Shown here one piece after another: positions 1 through 10,918 of a stretch of DNA of 43,679 bases (position 1 is the stretch's first letter; the number at the start of each line of letters is the position of its first letter). The stretch comes from Paraglomus brasilianum. Its lineage: Eukaryota. Made by a program: the position numbers and the translations under genes. Where the stretch lies: NCBI GenBank assembly GCA_910592345.1, contig CAJVPI010000195.1:1-43679 (forward strand). Reading direction: 5' to 3'. The notes under the pieces are model-generated. The model did not search any database, was not told the origin of the DNA, and saw only the letters and a list, made by a program, of their open reading frames with translations.

Positions 1-504
1 GAATCTAAGTTATACAAAAGCGCCGCAGAATACATGCGTTTCACCAACTCTAAAATACATGGGAGTGAATTTTTGACTAATTAAACAATTGCGTAGTAAA
101 TAGCAAAATCGGCTATTTACAACACGTCCATTTGATACATGTTTGTTCCACTGGGTTTTCTTCTTAGTATTAGTCTTTGCCATCAGGCATAAACTAATCG
201 TTCGTTATGGTTTCCTATATAGGCGTTCCTTTTCTCATTGAAAATATAAAAGGAGCCCTAATGGCTTAATTAATGATAATAAAGTCATTGGAAAAATCCA
301 AATGATTTGCTCCGCAACGTTTTCCAAAAAATATTCTTTGGATATTCAGAGAGTTTTTATTGAGTCAGAATATTCCAAATATTGTGTAATTGACATCTAA
401 TCAATAAAACTGCCACTCTCGAACGATGGATTCACAATAACTTTTGTTGTATATTACGAATATCAACCTTCTAATTGAATGACTTCACCACTGCTCAAAA
501 TCAT

Positions 505-856
505 TGAAGCTTCGGTAAATCTGGGGTTGCTTTTAAAACTTTCGTCAGAAAGTTCTGTCCTAATACCATATCTATCGTTGGATGGTGTATTATATCCGCA
601 TTGAGTTTGCATTCCTTTTTACTGAACTTTATTGGTACGTTTTCGATTCGGCCTTCGCAATTTCTACTAATTTGTGTGCAAGCCTATCATAGCAAGCTTT
701 TGAGACTAGAGTAAGCGCTGATCCAGTATCAACTAGAGCAACGACTTCCTCTCCCTTCACGTATGCTTTGCAACAGATTAGTCCTTCATCATCAGATGCG
801 CCATATTGCTACGCGGCATTAGAGGCTCTTTTAGGTTTTGTGGACGCCTTTGCCCT
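505..856 (-). pseudogene. Retropepsin (aspartic protease) remnant of pol; element truncated before RT
   Basis: The gag frame continues past TAA (857) and a TAG into GLICCKAYVKGEEVVALVDTGSALTLVS (DTG at 722-730). After a disruption comes DMVLGQNFL (about 547-573), matching the ILGxDFL motif. No RT motifs seen in 1-500. Confidence 0.8.
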
Positions 857-1690
857 TTAAGGGCGTCTCCTCCCTTTTCCCGACGGGGTAGCTTTTCGTG
901 CCTTGGTCCAACAATCTTTCTGCATATGTCCATATCCCTTACAATTAAAACACTGTATTCTTTTCTTATTTTTAAACCAGCATGCTTCTTCATTATGTCC
1001 CATTTTTCCGCAATTCGAGCAGCGTACGTTTTGCATTACTCTAGTCGACCGTTCGCGTTGTATCGCTTGATTTTCTGATTTGTTCGCGTTATTCAGTTTT
1101 CTTAGGTCCTCGACTTCTTTTTTCATTTCCGCTACTTGAGCTAACAATCCTGTGTACATTGGATCTTCCATAGCTAGGTATGACGCATGACTAGGGCCAT
1201 GATATACTCGTTTACTTGCCGCGATCGCTTCACCTAGATTTTGCGGATTCTGAGCTTTCACGTGATTTTGGATAGACGAATCTAAACCAGCAATAAATTG
1301 GCTCATTTGAATTTCGGGTGGTATTACAATCCCAGTGGCTTTCCAAATTCGTTCAAGTTCATTGGCATATTCAAGAATGGTTTCTCTAGGGCGGTGTTTC
1401 CTTTTCCACATTTGCGCCAACGCGCTTTCTTTAGGTCCTTGGAAATGCTCTAAAAAGATTTCTTTGAAGTTTCGATCTTGAGCAGAATCATTTCCTCCGG
1501 TCCAATGGGTAAACGCTGCCTGATTAGCAAACCAATCCACAAATTTGCCTAAATGTGCTGCGGCAATATTGACTTTCTGATGATTAGCGGTTACTTCATT
1601 CACATTGAATGCTGTTTCCATTGTTTGGACCCATGTGGCTGGTCTGGATCCATCAAAAATGGGATAATCTGCGCTGCGAGCCATTGGCAT
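857..1690 (-). CDS. gag: Ty3/gypsy-type retrotransposon Gag (capsid plus two CCHC zinc knuckles)
   Basis: 277-aa ORF with retrotransposon-gag features (PIFDGS..W..METAF, RPRETILEYANELERI, FIAGL) and two CX2CX4HX4C knuckles (CSNCGKMGHNEEAC, CFNCKGYGHMQKDC). Confidence 0.88.
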   Translation of the reverse strand: MPMARSADYPIFDGSRPATWVQTMETAFNVNEVTANHQKVNIAAAHLGKFVDWFANQAAFTHWTGGNDSAQDRNFKEIFLEHFQGPKESALAQMWKRKHRPRETILEYANELERIWKATGIVIPPEIQMSQFIAGLDSSIQNHVKAQNPQNLGEAIAASKRVYHGPSHASYLAMEDPMYTGLLAQVAEMKKEVEDLRKLNNANKSENQAIQRERSTRVMQNVRCSNCGKMGHNEEACWFKNKKRIQCFNCKGYGHMQKDCWTKARKATPSGKGRRRP

Positions 1691-2485
1691 TTGTTATTGG
1701 ATTTGGTACTGGATTGGAAGCTACGGGTTGCGGTTGAACTGGTGGTGCAACTGCGGGTTGTGGCTGTACTTGGGGTTGACTAAATCTTGCGGTCGGTGTA
1801 TTCTTTGGGTGGGAGAGCCAATGATCTGTCGCGTAGGTGTGTTCACCGACAGGGAGATGTTACCAAATATCGCTACCCTTACTAATAGCGATTGTCTTTA
1901 CGACTGAATTAAACTTATAAGTGACTATAATTAATTATGCGCGCTTAACCAACTCCCTAAACGAAGTATAACTAGACTCGTTTCTAAATAAGGGGTACCT
2001 ATAACAATATCGTTACAACTACAATATTGCTACAGAATCGAAGGGGAATAATTTATATTTAATTTAAACAGGGCGGACTTCGATTTAGTGTTTTGACTAG
2101 TCGGGTATCTAATTATAACGGTAATTAATTAAACGATTAACGGGAGAATCAATATCGAATATTAATACGACTTGCGTGCACTCTTTATAAGGTGTATCTT
2201 GCTCAACGGGTATATCGCTAACCGAAGCATCTGCGAATAGTCTGTAAGCAAGCTATCTCAGACTTCAACCCGGCAAGTATCAATATTCAACGTCGATTAA
2301 TAGAAAGACAATAAAATATGGATAGTATATGCTTAAGTATCAAAAGAAATTCGCAATAATTTTATTTCCTTGGATAAGAACAAATCCGTGGATTATTAGA
2401 TCAATTATTCAAACAATGTATTGAACCGAACAAACTAACAACATGAGGTTTTGATGATGAGAGAAGCGCTACTTATATAAGACTT

Positions 2486-2633
2486 CTGTCACCAAAATCA
2501 GTGACGGGAAATTACTATATCTGGTTGTTGATTATATTTTGTACTGTCACCAGTTTCAGTGACGGAGAATTACTAAGTTTAGCTATTGTTTGTATCTTGT
2601 ACTGTCACCAATTTCCGTGACGGAAAATTACTA
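2486..2633. promoter_or_regulatory. Three 58-bp-period repeats, each with a GTCAC-N8-GTGAC dyad, next to a TATA box
   Basis: Units ctgtcacc..gtgacgg..aattacta start at 2486, 2544 and 2602. TATATAAG follows immediately on the minus strand. Confidence 0.6.
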
Positions 2634-3336
2634 CATTTGAACTTTAGTGTGATAGTGTTAAAATTAGATCGCTGCGGGTAGTATTTTGACTGCGGAGGAA
2701 GATTTTATCACCTGACTTGCTCGACTGCCGACTCGTCGTAACAATTACAACATGAAGATTTGGCGATGGAATATGAAGGTTCAGATTAGTATGTTCCTAA
2801 ACAATATTAATGTCAGATATGCCATCGACTCTTATTAGTATCTGATTCATTCTACAATATATCAGCCGGACTGCCTCTCGAAACATCAAATGCCGCAACC
2901 TCGTACTTTAGCTTATTTACACCAGTCCATGTCTTCATTTCATCTGACACTGATGCATCAACTCTTCTTGTCTGTTGACTGGCCATTGATCGAAGAATAG
3001 GAGCTAAACCGACCCAAAGCAAAAGATCTAGTCTTACTGTCTGAGACAATGGAAGTTCGGAAAGAATTTCACCATTGATAATTAATATGCTGTATGAGTC
3101 ACTGGAGAATAAGAGAATAAGCCAGTGTTAGAGGGATACAGAGGATTCAGTTTGGGCATAGTTAATTGAAATAACAAAGCCATATTACAAAGGAATCAGT
3201 GACATAAGTTTTATCGCTCAAATGGCTCGTTTCAATCTCAGTGTGACCATATCTAAGCGCAATAGCATTGAAAAACACATCTTTTCCGGGGGTTTCATTT
3301 GAATTATAGCCCGTATTAGTATATGGTGGTAACCCT

Positions 3337-3421
3337 GCCAGGTCAGCTCGGAGCCTTGAACGTCAGGCAAACCTCGGAGGCCACCGCCAGGATTGGTGCC
3401 AGATCAGCTCGGAGCCTTGAA
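3337..3421. repeat. Direct repeat GCCAG(G/A)TCAGCTCGGAGCCTTGAA x2, 61-bp period
   Basis: Copies at 3337-3360 and 3398-3421, inside the putative U3 region. Confidence 0.85.
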
Positions 3422-3814
3422 TGACAGTTGAGCTCGGAACTTCTGTCGCGCCACCAAATTTTCAAAAAAATAGAAGTCACGTAACATCGGCGCTTTATCA
3501 CGACGACAAACCAAAATAGCGAGGTTACCTTTGACAATGTTTTTTATATCCGTGACTATTTTCTCGTCACAGGATAATATAATCGGACGAGCGATCTGAG
3601 TTAAATTTGGTAACATCCCCCTGTCGGTGAACACACCTACGCGACAGATCATTGGCTCTCCCACCCAAATAATACACCGACCGCAACAGTATGATAAGCA
3701 AATCGTTCTTCGAAAAGCTACAATAATAATATATTTAGTTCGATCTACCAATTCTAACCAATTATATGCTACTCATATGATCACGTGGTTGAATTAACAC
3801 AAGAACTTTAAGTA

Positions 3815-4016
3815 CACAGTGGCTCTCTTTATAGTGTGCCTCCTTTATAGTGGAGACCAATTAAAATCGCGATATAGTGGATAAAGTTCAAACCATCTAT
3901 AATGAATGCTATTCGATATAGTGTATTTACTAATAAATTTTCAAAAACTCTCGATATATGTATTTTTGAGAATTTTTTACTAGTAGATTTTTTTGATACA
4001 CTATAGAGTCACTGTG
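3815..4016. mobile_element. MITE, Tc1/mariner-pogo-like, about 200 bp
   Basis: Imperfect TIRs CACAGTGGCTCTCTTTATAGTGT / ACACTATAGAGTCACTGTG, TA on both sides (3813-3814, 4017-4018), repeated internal TATAGTG motifs, no ORF. Confidence 0.7.
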
Positions 4017-5010
4017 TACCTAAAACTTTTCACAAAAAAATCCAATCAAAAATCTAACCGGTAACTTTGTAGAGCTTGTTATGAAGAACAAAGTTACCAG
4101 TCAGATTTTTGATATCTCATCTGTGTAAGAAGTTGAAAGACTTTTAAAAATGCTTTATTTTTCATCACGTGATTGTCGGGTATAGACGACTTGCACCATA
4201 TGAGCAATTGCATCATCATAGTCAAAACTAGTAACATAGTCAAAACCACCATCCGCCGATATACCAGAGCTGGGTCTTCACGACGACGGCCTTTTTCGCG
4301 CGAAATGACGGCCTCGAGGCACAAAATGTAACATTATATTTTCCGATCGAATAGTTCTAGTTTGCATGCAACTAAAACCCTAGGACGTTCCAATCCACGG
4401 TCTTGCGCTTGAAATATTGATGTACTTTATGTCCAGACAATGTGACGATTAATAACCGAACCAGTATTCCGGCGCAAGTTTTAAAGTGTCAAAGGCAGGG
4501 AAAGAAAGGAAGAATTTACCAAATTTAATAACATGCTGTTACCGAAGCCGTCAGTGAACGGCGAAAACAACGGAATAACGTGTGTGTTAACAAGAGATCA
4601 AAGAATGAAGACAGATATATTTCGCGTGCGGAGGTTTGTTTTTCATTTTAGGCAGCCAAGCCACCATGTTGTCTGCTGCAAGCTACGAACTTTTTAGCCA
4701 ATAAATATTAAGGCTGATGCGATGATTGTCATGTGACTCCCCTTTTTTTGCGCCATCACTGACTTTCTCAATAAGTTGTCTATAGTCTTTCTAACACATT
4801 TCTTCAACTTTCATACTACTCGCGCATGTACTAAAATGATTGTATGCTTGTATTGTTCAACATCGACTTTCTTTTGGGCCATTGTCATCCCCCATTCGTC
4901 AACTGTCATTCAATCTGCTCTATTTAATAGGATTGTTGATAATTTAATGGATTCTATCGTTCACTCAATGACGATTTGAATTCATACATCGACTGCTCAT
5001 TCTATTTGTA

Positions 5011-5753
5011 TTATTCACGTTTGTTCCGTGATTTTCGTGTCTGTGGTGGGTCATTTTTTGGTTTCATGGGCTCATGAGTTACACTATCATATATACAAAT
5101 ATCGTCTCCATATTTCTCTTCTAACCATTTTTCGAGCATGAATAGGTTTTGTATATTGGCTTTAAACAGAAGATCCAATGCATCACCTATAAAAAATGCT
5201 GTCAGTATTTGGACAATTTATCTAGGCCCATTGAACAATTTCACTCACCAATCCAGGGAATGAGTCCAACAAAAGCGTCGACTATTACAAGTCCTATCAT
5301 CTTTGCGAGTAGAATCTGAGGAAAGTTAGGGAAGAAACTTATCAAGTGTATTTGGTAACAACCAAGGAAGAAACCGGCCAGATCGCCTTTAAATCGCAGA
5401 AGACAATATACTTTAACGGCTTGATAACTTTGTAATGCTGAACACGACAGAAACTCTATAATGACAGAAATAAACCATGAAATTACTTACCCACTCCAGG
5501 AATCACCCCAATGATAGCATCTATTCCAATAGGAAAAGGAATATATGGAATGGAATCTAGCCTAGAAACCAACAAAGATTAATTAATGCAGCATGCGAAA
5601 GACTATATTTTATCAAGTTTTATGTATGCCTCAGCAACTTACACCTTACCATAATGCCATAGTCCTAATGCTTTCATATAGTGCTTGGGCTTCTCTTGGA
5701 TTCTGTGGTCTTTTCTTTGGTGGATATGGAAACCGACTTTTAGTGTCTACCAT
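5011..5753 (-). CDS. DUF4112 family membrane protein (4 exons)
   Basis: Spliced translation MVDTKSRFPYPP...ALW/LDSIPYIPFPIGIDAIIGVIPGVG/DLAGFFLG...VDAFVGLIPWIG/DALDLLFKANIQN... carries the GxDxxIGxIPxxGD and VGxIPxxGDxxDxxFKAN motifs. GT-AG introns. Confidence 0.85.
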
Positions 5754-6552
5754 GATTATTAAGTGTCCTAGTGGTGAATGTACGGATGTTGGAAAAATGA
5801 GCAAGGCTTCCCAGAAGATTTCAGGGGTTAACATCACGTGTCATGATTTTTAATTTTTTTTTTCACTCTTAAAACTCGGTTGAATGGACGAGAGAGCTTT
5901 GCTTCCAAACTACAAACTTAGAGAACAGGGATTCACATACCACCTCAGAATACACATATATGCCTTTGAAAAGAGCAGACCAACATTGCTATTGGGACAG
6001 CGTTTTTTGCACATGTCTAATTTAACTTGTACATTGTCCCCTTCTGTCAGAATCGGTAAACCTGGAAGTGCTATTGCTAAATAGTACACATTACATAACC
6101 GGGCGCTCGTTAATATCCCGCCAAATAATTGCTTACGATATTCACGATGTTTTTATCGTCGAGTTTACCACGAGCTACGGTCAAGATGGGCAACTACACG
6201 AACATAGGAGTGTAGGAAGTAATTAGGACACCGACGTTGCGTTTACATATCGCGCTTTAGACATACAACAATGAACTTTACCCGTTCTAAGCTGTCGGAA
6301 CTTACAGATAAATTTAAGGACGGTATTACTAAGGCCGACGCATTTACATCGACACACGAACATTATTCCGAGACCTCCTTCGCTTACCATTGTTACTATG
6401 CCAACAACAAGAAGTAGAAGCAGAAAAGGCTCCCCCACGAGAGATGCTAAAAACCCTAGCGACACGTTTTTCGACAACACCTCCAGGACGTAAAACAGCC
6501 TTTGCGCAGATTCTCTTTTAGAATTTATTATAAATACGCTACTTGATTCCCC

Positions 6553-6977
6553 CAAATTCCACATCTGGTTGTTACGAATTATATTACTTCCATCTCTTCG
6601 TCTTCACATTATCTATAAGCTCTCGCCGTTTACCCATAAATCTATTTAAATTTTAATTTCGATTTGGACCAGAAATTTTATTCCAAATTCCACATCTGGT
6701 TGTTTCACGAGTTATATTCCTTCCATCTCTTCGTCTTCACATTATCTATTAAACTTTCGCCGTTTACCCATAAATCCATTTAAATGTAGGGTTAGGGTTA
6801 ATTTCGATTTGGACCAGAAATTTTATTGTCTAGAATTTATCAAATTCCACATCTGGTTGTTTCACGAATTATATTTACAATATTAATATTTCCCACTCAT
6901 TATTTACATCTCTTTATCTTCACATTATCTATTAAAAATAATAAGCTCTCGCCGTTTACCCATAAATCCATTTAAAA
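6553..6977. repeat. Three imperfect 130-160-bp tandem repeats
   Basis: Units starting CAAATTCCACATCTGGTTGTT at 6553, 6684 and 6841, each containing CTTCACATTATCTAT and TCGCCGTTTACCCATAAATC. Confidence 0.9.
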
Positions 6978-7565
6978 TCACAATGACCAGCCTTCGGCTA
7001 TAACAACCAAAATATAGATTGCAGTTTAATAACTAGGTTTTAATTATAATTCAAATAAATTTGATTTTGATCTTGACGAAAATAATTTCGATTTGGACGA
7101 TGATCGATATAATATGTGACCATGTGCTCCTAGCTACGGCATCTACGATTGTCCATATAAAAAGACAATGGTCAAGAACGCTTTGGGTTTATCAGGAAAT
7201 TTTGATATGCAACGCGTCGGCTTTCCCCGTTTTGAGTCGATAATAGAAGGATATTGATTCCATCTAGAATGTAAAGGATGAACTTCGATAATGAAAGAAG
7301 ATTGGTTCCGATAACTAAGGGAGATTGATCCGTTTAGATGTAAAGGATCCAACAACAGCACGATTTTTGCACTCTCCAGAATACGCATTGGGACAATATA
7401 GGACAATTGAATGATTTAACGAGATGGATCGCTTAAGGAGGGAGTTGACTGAAGCAAGAAAGGAATTGACCCATTTTGAGCTCGATTGAAGTATTCAAAG
7501 GAAGTTGTTTTTGTTTGTTTGTTTGTTTGCAAGCGCAAATTCCCTTTTAGGTTTGCAGTTATTAT

Positions 7566-9221
7566 TCAGTTGCTAATAATTAAAAATAAAAATACAAAGG
7601 ATGTGCAAACAACCGAAAAGGCTAAATGAATAATAAACAAAAAATTAGTTTGCAACCGATAATCAGCGCGTGGAGAAGTTGACCAATTAGACAGTAAAAT
7701 CTTCTTCATCAACCCTCTTCCCCCACCAAACGTGATTCATCTCACTTACCACCCAATATCATTTTGTACATAGCAAGATCTTTAGCCTTCTTCTTTCTCT
7801 TCTCCACTTCTTTCTGCATAGCCCCCAGCTGCCGACCATGAAAGAAACATAATCAGTATATGTTTCTACTACATTATTACAAAGCCGTTAAACTTACCGA
7901 TTGTTGGCGCTTTTGCAATGTAGTTTTCCCGGTTTCAATTCTTAGCTGTAAATCCTTAAGCTTGGTTGACATGTTTGCGCTTATTCGATCGGCATTTTCA
8001 AATGCTGTGCTCGTACTTTCAACAGAGCGAGTACGTGACAGCAAGAGTGATTCGGCTAGATCCTGTGCAGTTGAGAATGAATAATAAAGTAATGTTTGAA
8101 TATTGAAACAAGCCGGTGAACTGGGGAATATATGTTCTTGCAAAGAAGGTATCTACCTTTGTTTCTCGGTCTAACTCTCGAAACTTTGTTATGTATGATT
8201 TAAATTCCTTTGTCCTTTGGTCTATCGTGTCCTGTAAAGCCATTTGCAGCAGCATAGTCAATATAACGAAAAACCATCTGATAAATTACCTATATCTGCA
8301 ACTTACTTGTAAAGCACAGATATCCTCTTCATGACGTTTACATTTATTAACTAGATCTTCTATTAAATCATCTGCCCTTCTGAATAAAGTTAGTCACCCA
8401 TCAAATCATAATAGTCACATTGTTCTGCCCAAGTAAACAGCGCTTACTTGTGATCGTCATCTTTCTCATTCTCATACTCATTATCGTCTTCACCTTCGCT
8501 ATTGTATCCCACGGTTTCAGACTTCATCATTTCATCAACAGCTTTACTCGGGCTATCTGCTTAATAATAGTAAGCTAGTCATCAACGTCCAAAACAATTG
8601 TCGTCAGTAAATAGTATGGATACTTACCCCGAATAGCCTTCTGTTTGATGTCACAGAAAAATTTCAATGAATTATAAAACATTCTTTTATCGTTAATGTC
8701 CTTTGATCGGAGAGCGAGTAGAAGGCTCCCTTTTATTACCAGTTGAAATGATGTTTCATCTATACATAAAAAAAACTTAGTAAGGTATATACATTCTATA
8801 TGGTATGTATGATTTGAACACCATTCATTGCTATGGCCAACCTATATCCAGAAAAGACAATCAAAGAATACAGCTTCCCATCCAACTTTCCAAACTCACC
8901 TGAACTCTCCCCACTGTCTTCAGCCACCACCTCATCAATATCGGCAAGCCTATTAAACTTAAGCTCCCTAAACACTTCTTGCATTCTTATTCTCTCCTTT
9001 TTATATATTTCACTGTTCCTCGGCTCACTTCTTTCTCCAAAATAGTCCCTACACCAATCCAACGCTTTCCCTTTTTCGTTTTCAAAATCCGCCGTCTCAA
9101 TTCCATATTCATTCACTTTCATGAACACAAAGGGTGCATTTCTGAAACGAAAGACAAACAATTCTGTAAACGGGTTTGATTTACATCTTGTAGAAGAACG
9201 CGTGTCCTGTTGAACTAACAT
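7566..9221 (-). CDS. Uncharacterised multi-exon coiled-coil protein with C-terminal transmembrane anchor
   Basis: About 8 GT-AG-bounded exons join (first donor uncertain): ...DETSFQLVIKG.../ADSPSKAVDE.../RADDLIEDLV.../DTIDQRTKEF.../DLAESLLLSR.../LGAMQKEVEKRKKKAKDLAMYKMILG/AFSVVCTSFVFLFLIISN*. Confidence 0.65.
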
Positions 9222-9521
9222 TTGCTATTGATCCAAGTCTAGAGACATAAAATACTGTGTCACATTTGCATTTTGTAGAGCGATCTCCACGTGATAAATT
9301 TCGACTGTATCGGAAATTGTGAACATTCTGTGTATTTACATTTCATGTGATCGAGGGAGAATAACAAGCGATCAACATACCATGGTTGATCGACATCGCG
9401 TTTGTATTCACGATAAAAATAACATTACATACAAATGATGTTTTATGATATCACCGTGAATTGAACAGAAAGATGTGTATATAATTTCAATGTCCGATTT
9501 ACTGCAGCGTAACGTACCAAA

Positions 9522-10817
9522 ATGACCAAAAGTAACATTTTTGTCCTAGAAGCTGACCGTCCAACCGCTTTATCAACAATTAGGGCTCTCTATAGTACCG
9601 GATCCCATCATTCAAACCGCCATATGGATGTAACTGCTCTTGTGACCGAACGTGCATCCAAGGAGGCCTTGGCTGCCCTCCGAGGGTTATCCTGTAAAAT
9701 CGTCACCATCACCGATCCACGCAATGTATCGTTTGAAGGCTGTACCAAACTTTATATCGTTGCCTCCCCCGAACGGCTAGATTTCCTGATTCCGTATATC
9801 GAGGCGGCTAAGAAAGCTTCGGTTCAGTTCGTGTTGCTTCAAAGCGTAATAATTGCTGATGGACGGGGTGAGCAAGGTAAAAAGCATCTGTATGCGGAAA
9901 ACAAGCTTACAGAGCTGTTTGGGAAAAAGGCATGTCTACCGTTGGAAGAAAACGCAAAAGCAAGGTCGCCAAAGGAACATAAGAAATTGCATCATCATGC
10001 TTGGTGGTGTATTTTACGCGTTGGTGTTTATAGCCATTACTTGTTTGCCTTCAAGGATGGGATTAAGAGGGGAGTTTTGGAATTGCCCATTGGGGATGGG
10101 AAGGTATGTGGAAATTGTCTCGAGATCACGTGTGGTTAGCGCGATTAGTTTGCATGATATAAGTTAATCGAAGTTTCACAAATAGCCGACACTTTGATGT
10201 CAACATTTGCGTCACATTCTGTCTATTCATACTAAATATGACTTCTTTTCTCTCCCCAATATGCTTCAATATAAGTTTGCTCCCGTCTCAATCGAGGATG
10301 TAAGTAACGTCCCTCTGTTAGTTTCACCAGTCTGGTTTCCTTTCTTATATTCATAGTTCTGTCGCCTCATGATTACTTTAGATCGGTTGTGTTTCGGCCA
10401 ATATACTCGACAAATCCGAGAACTATTATTCTCACGTATATACTGTAACAGGTAGTGAGCTTTTCAGTGGTAAGCTACTGGCTTCTCGGCTATCGGCCAT
10501 TCTTAAGCATGAAGTAAAGTATGTACCGTCTGAGATGGCTTACGTGGAAGAAAAGTGTTTGAAAAAGTACATTCCGAATGACGTCATTAGAACAAACGTT
10601 ATCACTTTGTTTGAATTAATTAAAAAGGGTAAACTTTTGAATATAGTCAGCTTCATAATAAGTTGTCTTTTGTGGTATGATACCGATGGTATTAACCTCA
10701 TTTCTATTCGTAGGTCGATTAGAATACGTAAGCCCTCACTTCACGGAAATCGATGGGATCACACCAAGAACACTAGAACAGTTTATCCTTGATTACAAAA
10801 AAGAGTTTTCTGCTTAG
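9522..10817 (+). CDS. NmrA-like / atypical SDR NAD(P)-binding protein (4 exons, including a 24-nt micro-exon)
   Basis: Exon 1 has IEAAKKASVQFVLLQS...HLYAENKL...WCILRVGVY...LELPIGDGK. Micro-exon FAPVSIED (10276-10299), then IGCVSANIL...VYTVTGSELFSG...LSAILKHEVKYV, last exon ...ITPRTLEQFILDYKKEFSA*. Confidence 0.78.
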
Positions 10818-10918
10818 GCAGCATCGGATACAATTGAGATGCACCAAGTTCGAACTGTTGTAGATTAAATCAAAAGCACAAGAAATCAAAAATGGAAGAA
10901 ATCACACTATATTGTCTA

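Larger units (their letters stand above)
1858..3486 (-). mobile_element. Putative 5' LTR (about 1.6 kb) of the gypsy-like element
   Basis: On the minus strand it starts TGTTAC (3486) and ends GTAACA (1858). It contains tandem enhancer-like repeats, then TATATAAG (about 2480-2473), then AATAAA (2366-2361), in U3-R-U5 order upstream of gag. No second LTR, TSD or clear tRNA PBS is available, so boundaries are tentative. Confidence 0.45.
1787..3686. repeat. 82-bp inverted repeat pair (1787-1868 and 3605-3686)
   Basis: The reverse complement of 1787-1868 matches 3605-3686 at 80 of 82 positions. Confidence 0.95.

Noticed and set aside
6130..7500. Protein-like fragments (MPTTRSRSRKGSP..., ...MDRLRRELTEARKEL) around the triple repeat
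   Set aside because: Too broken to assign; no recognisable motif.
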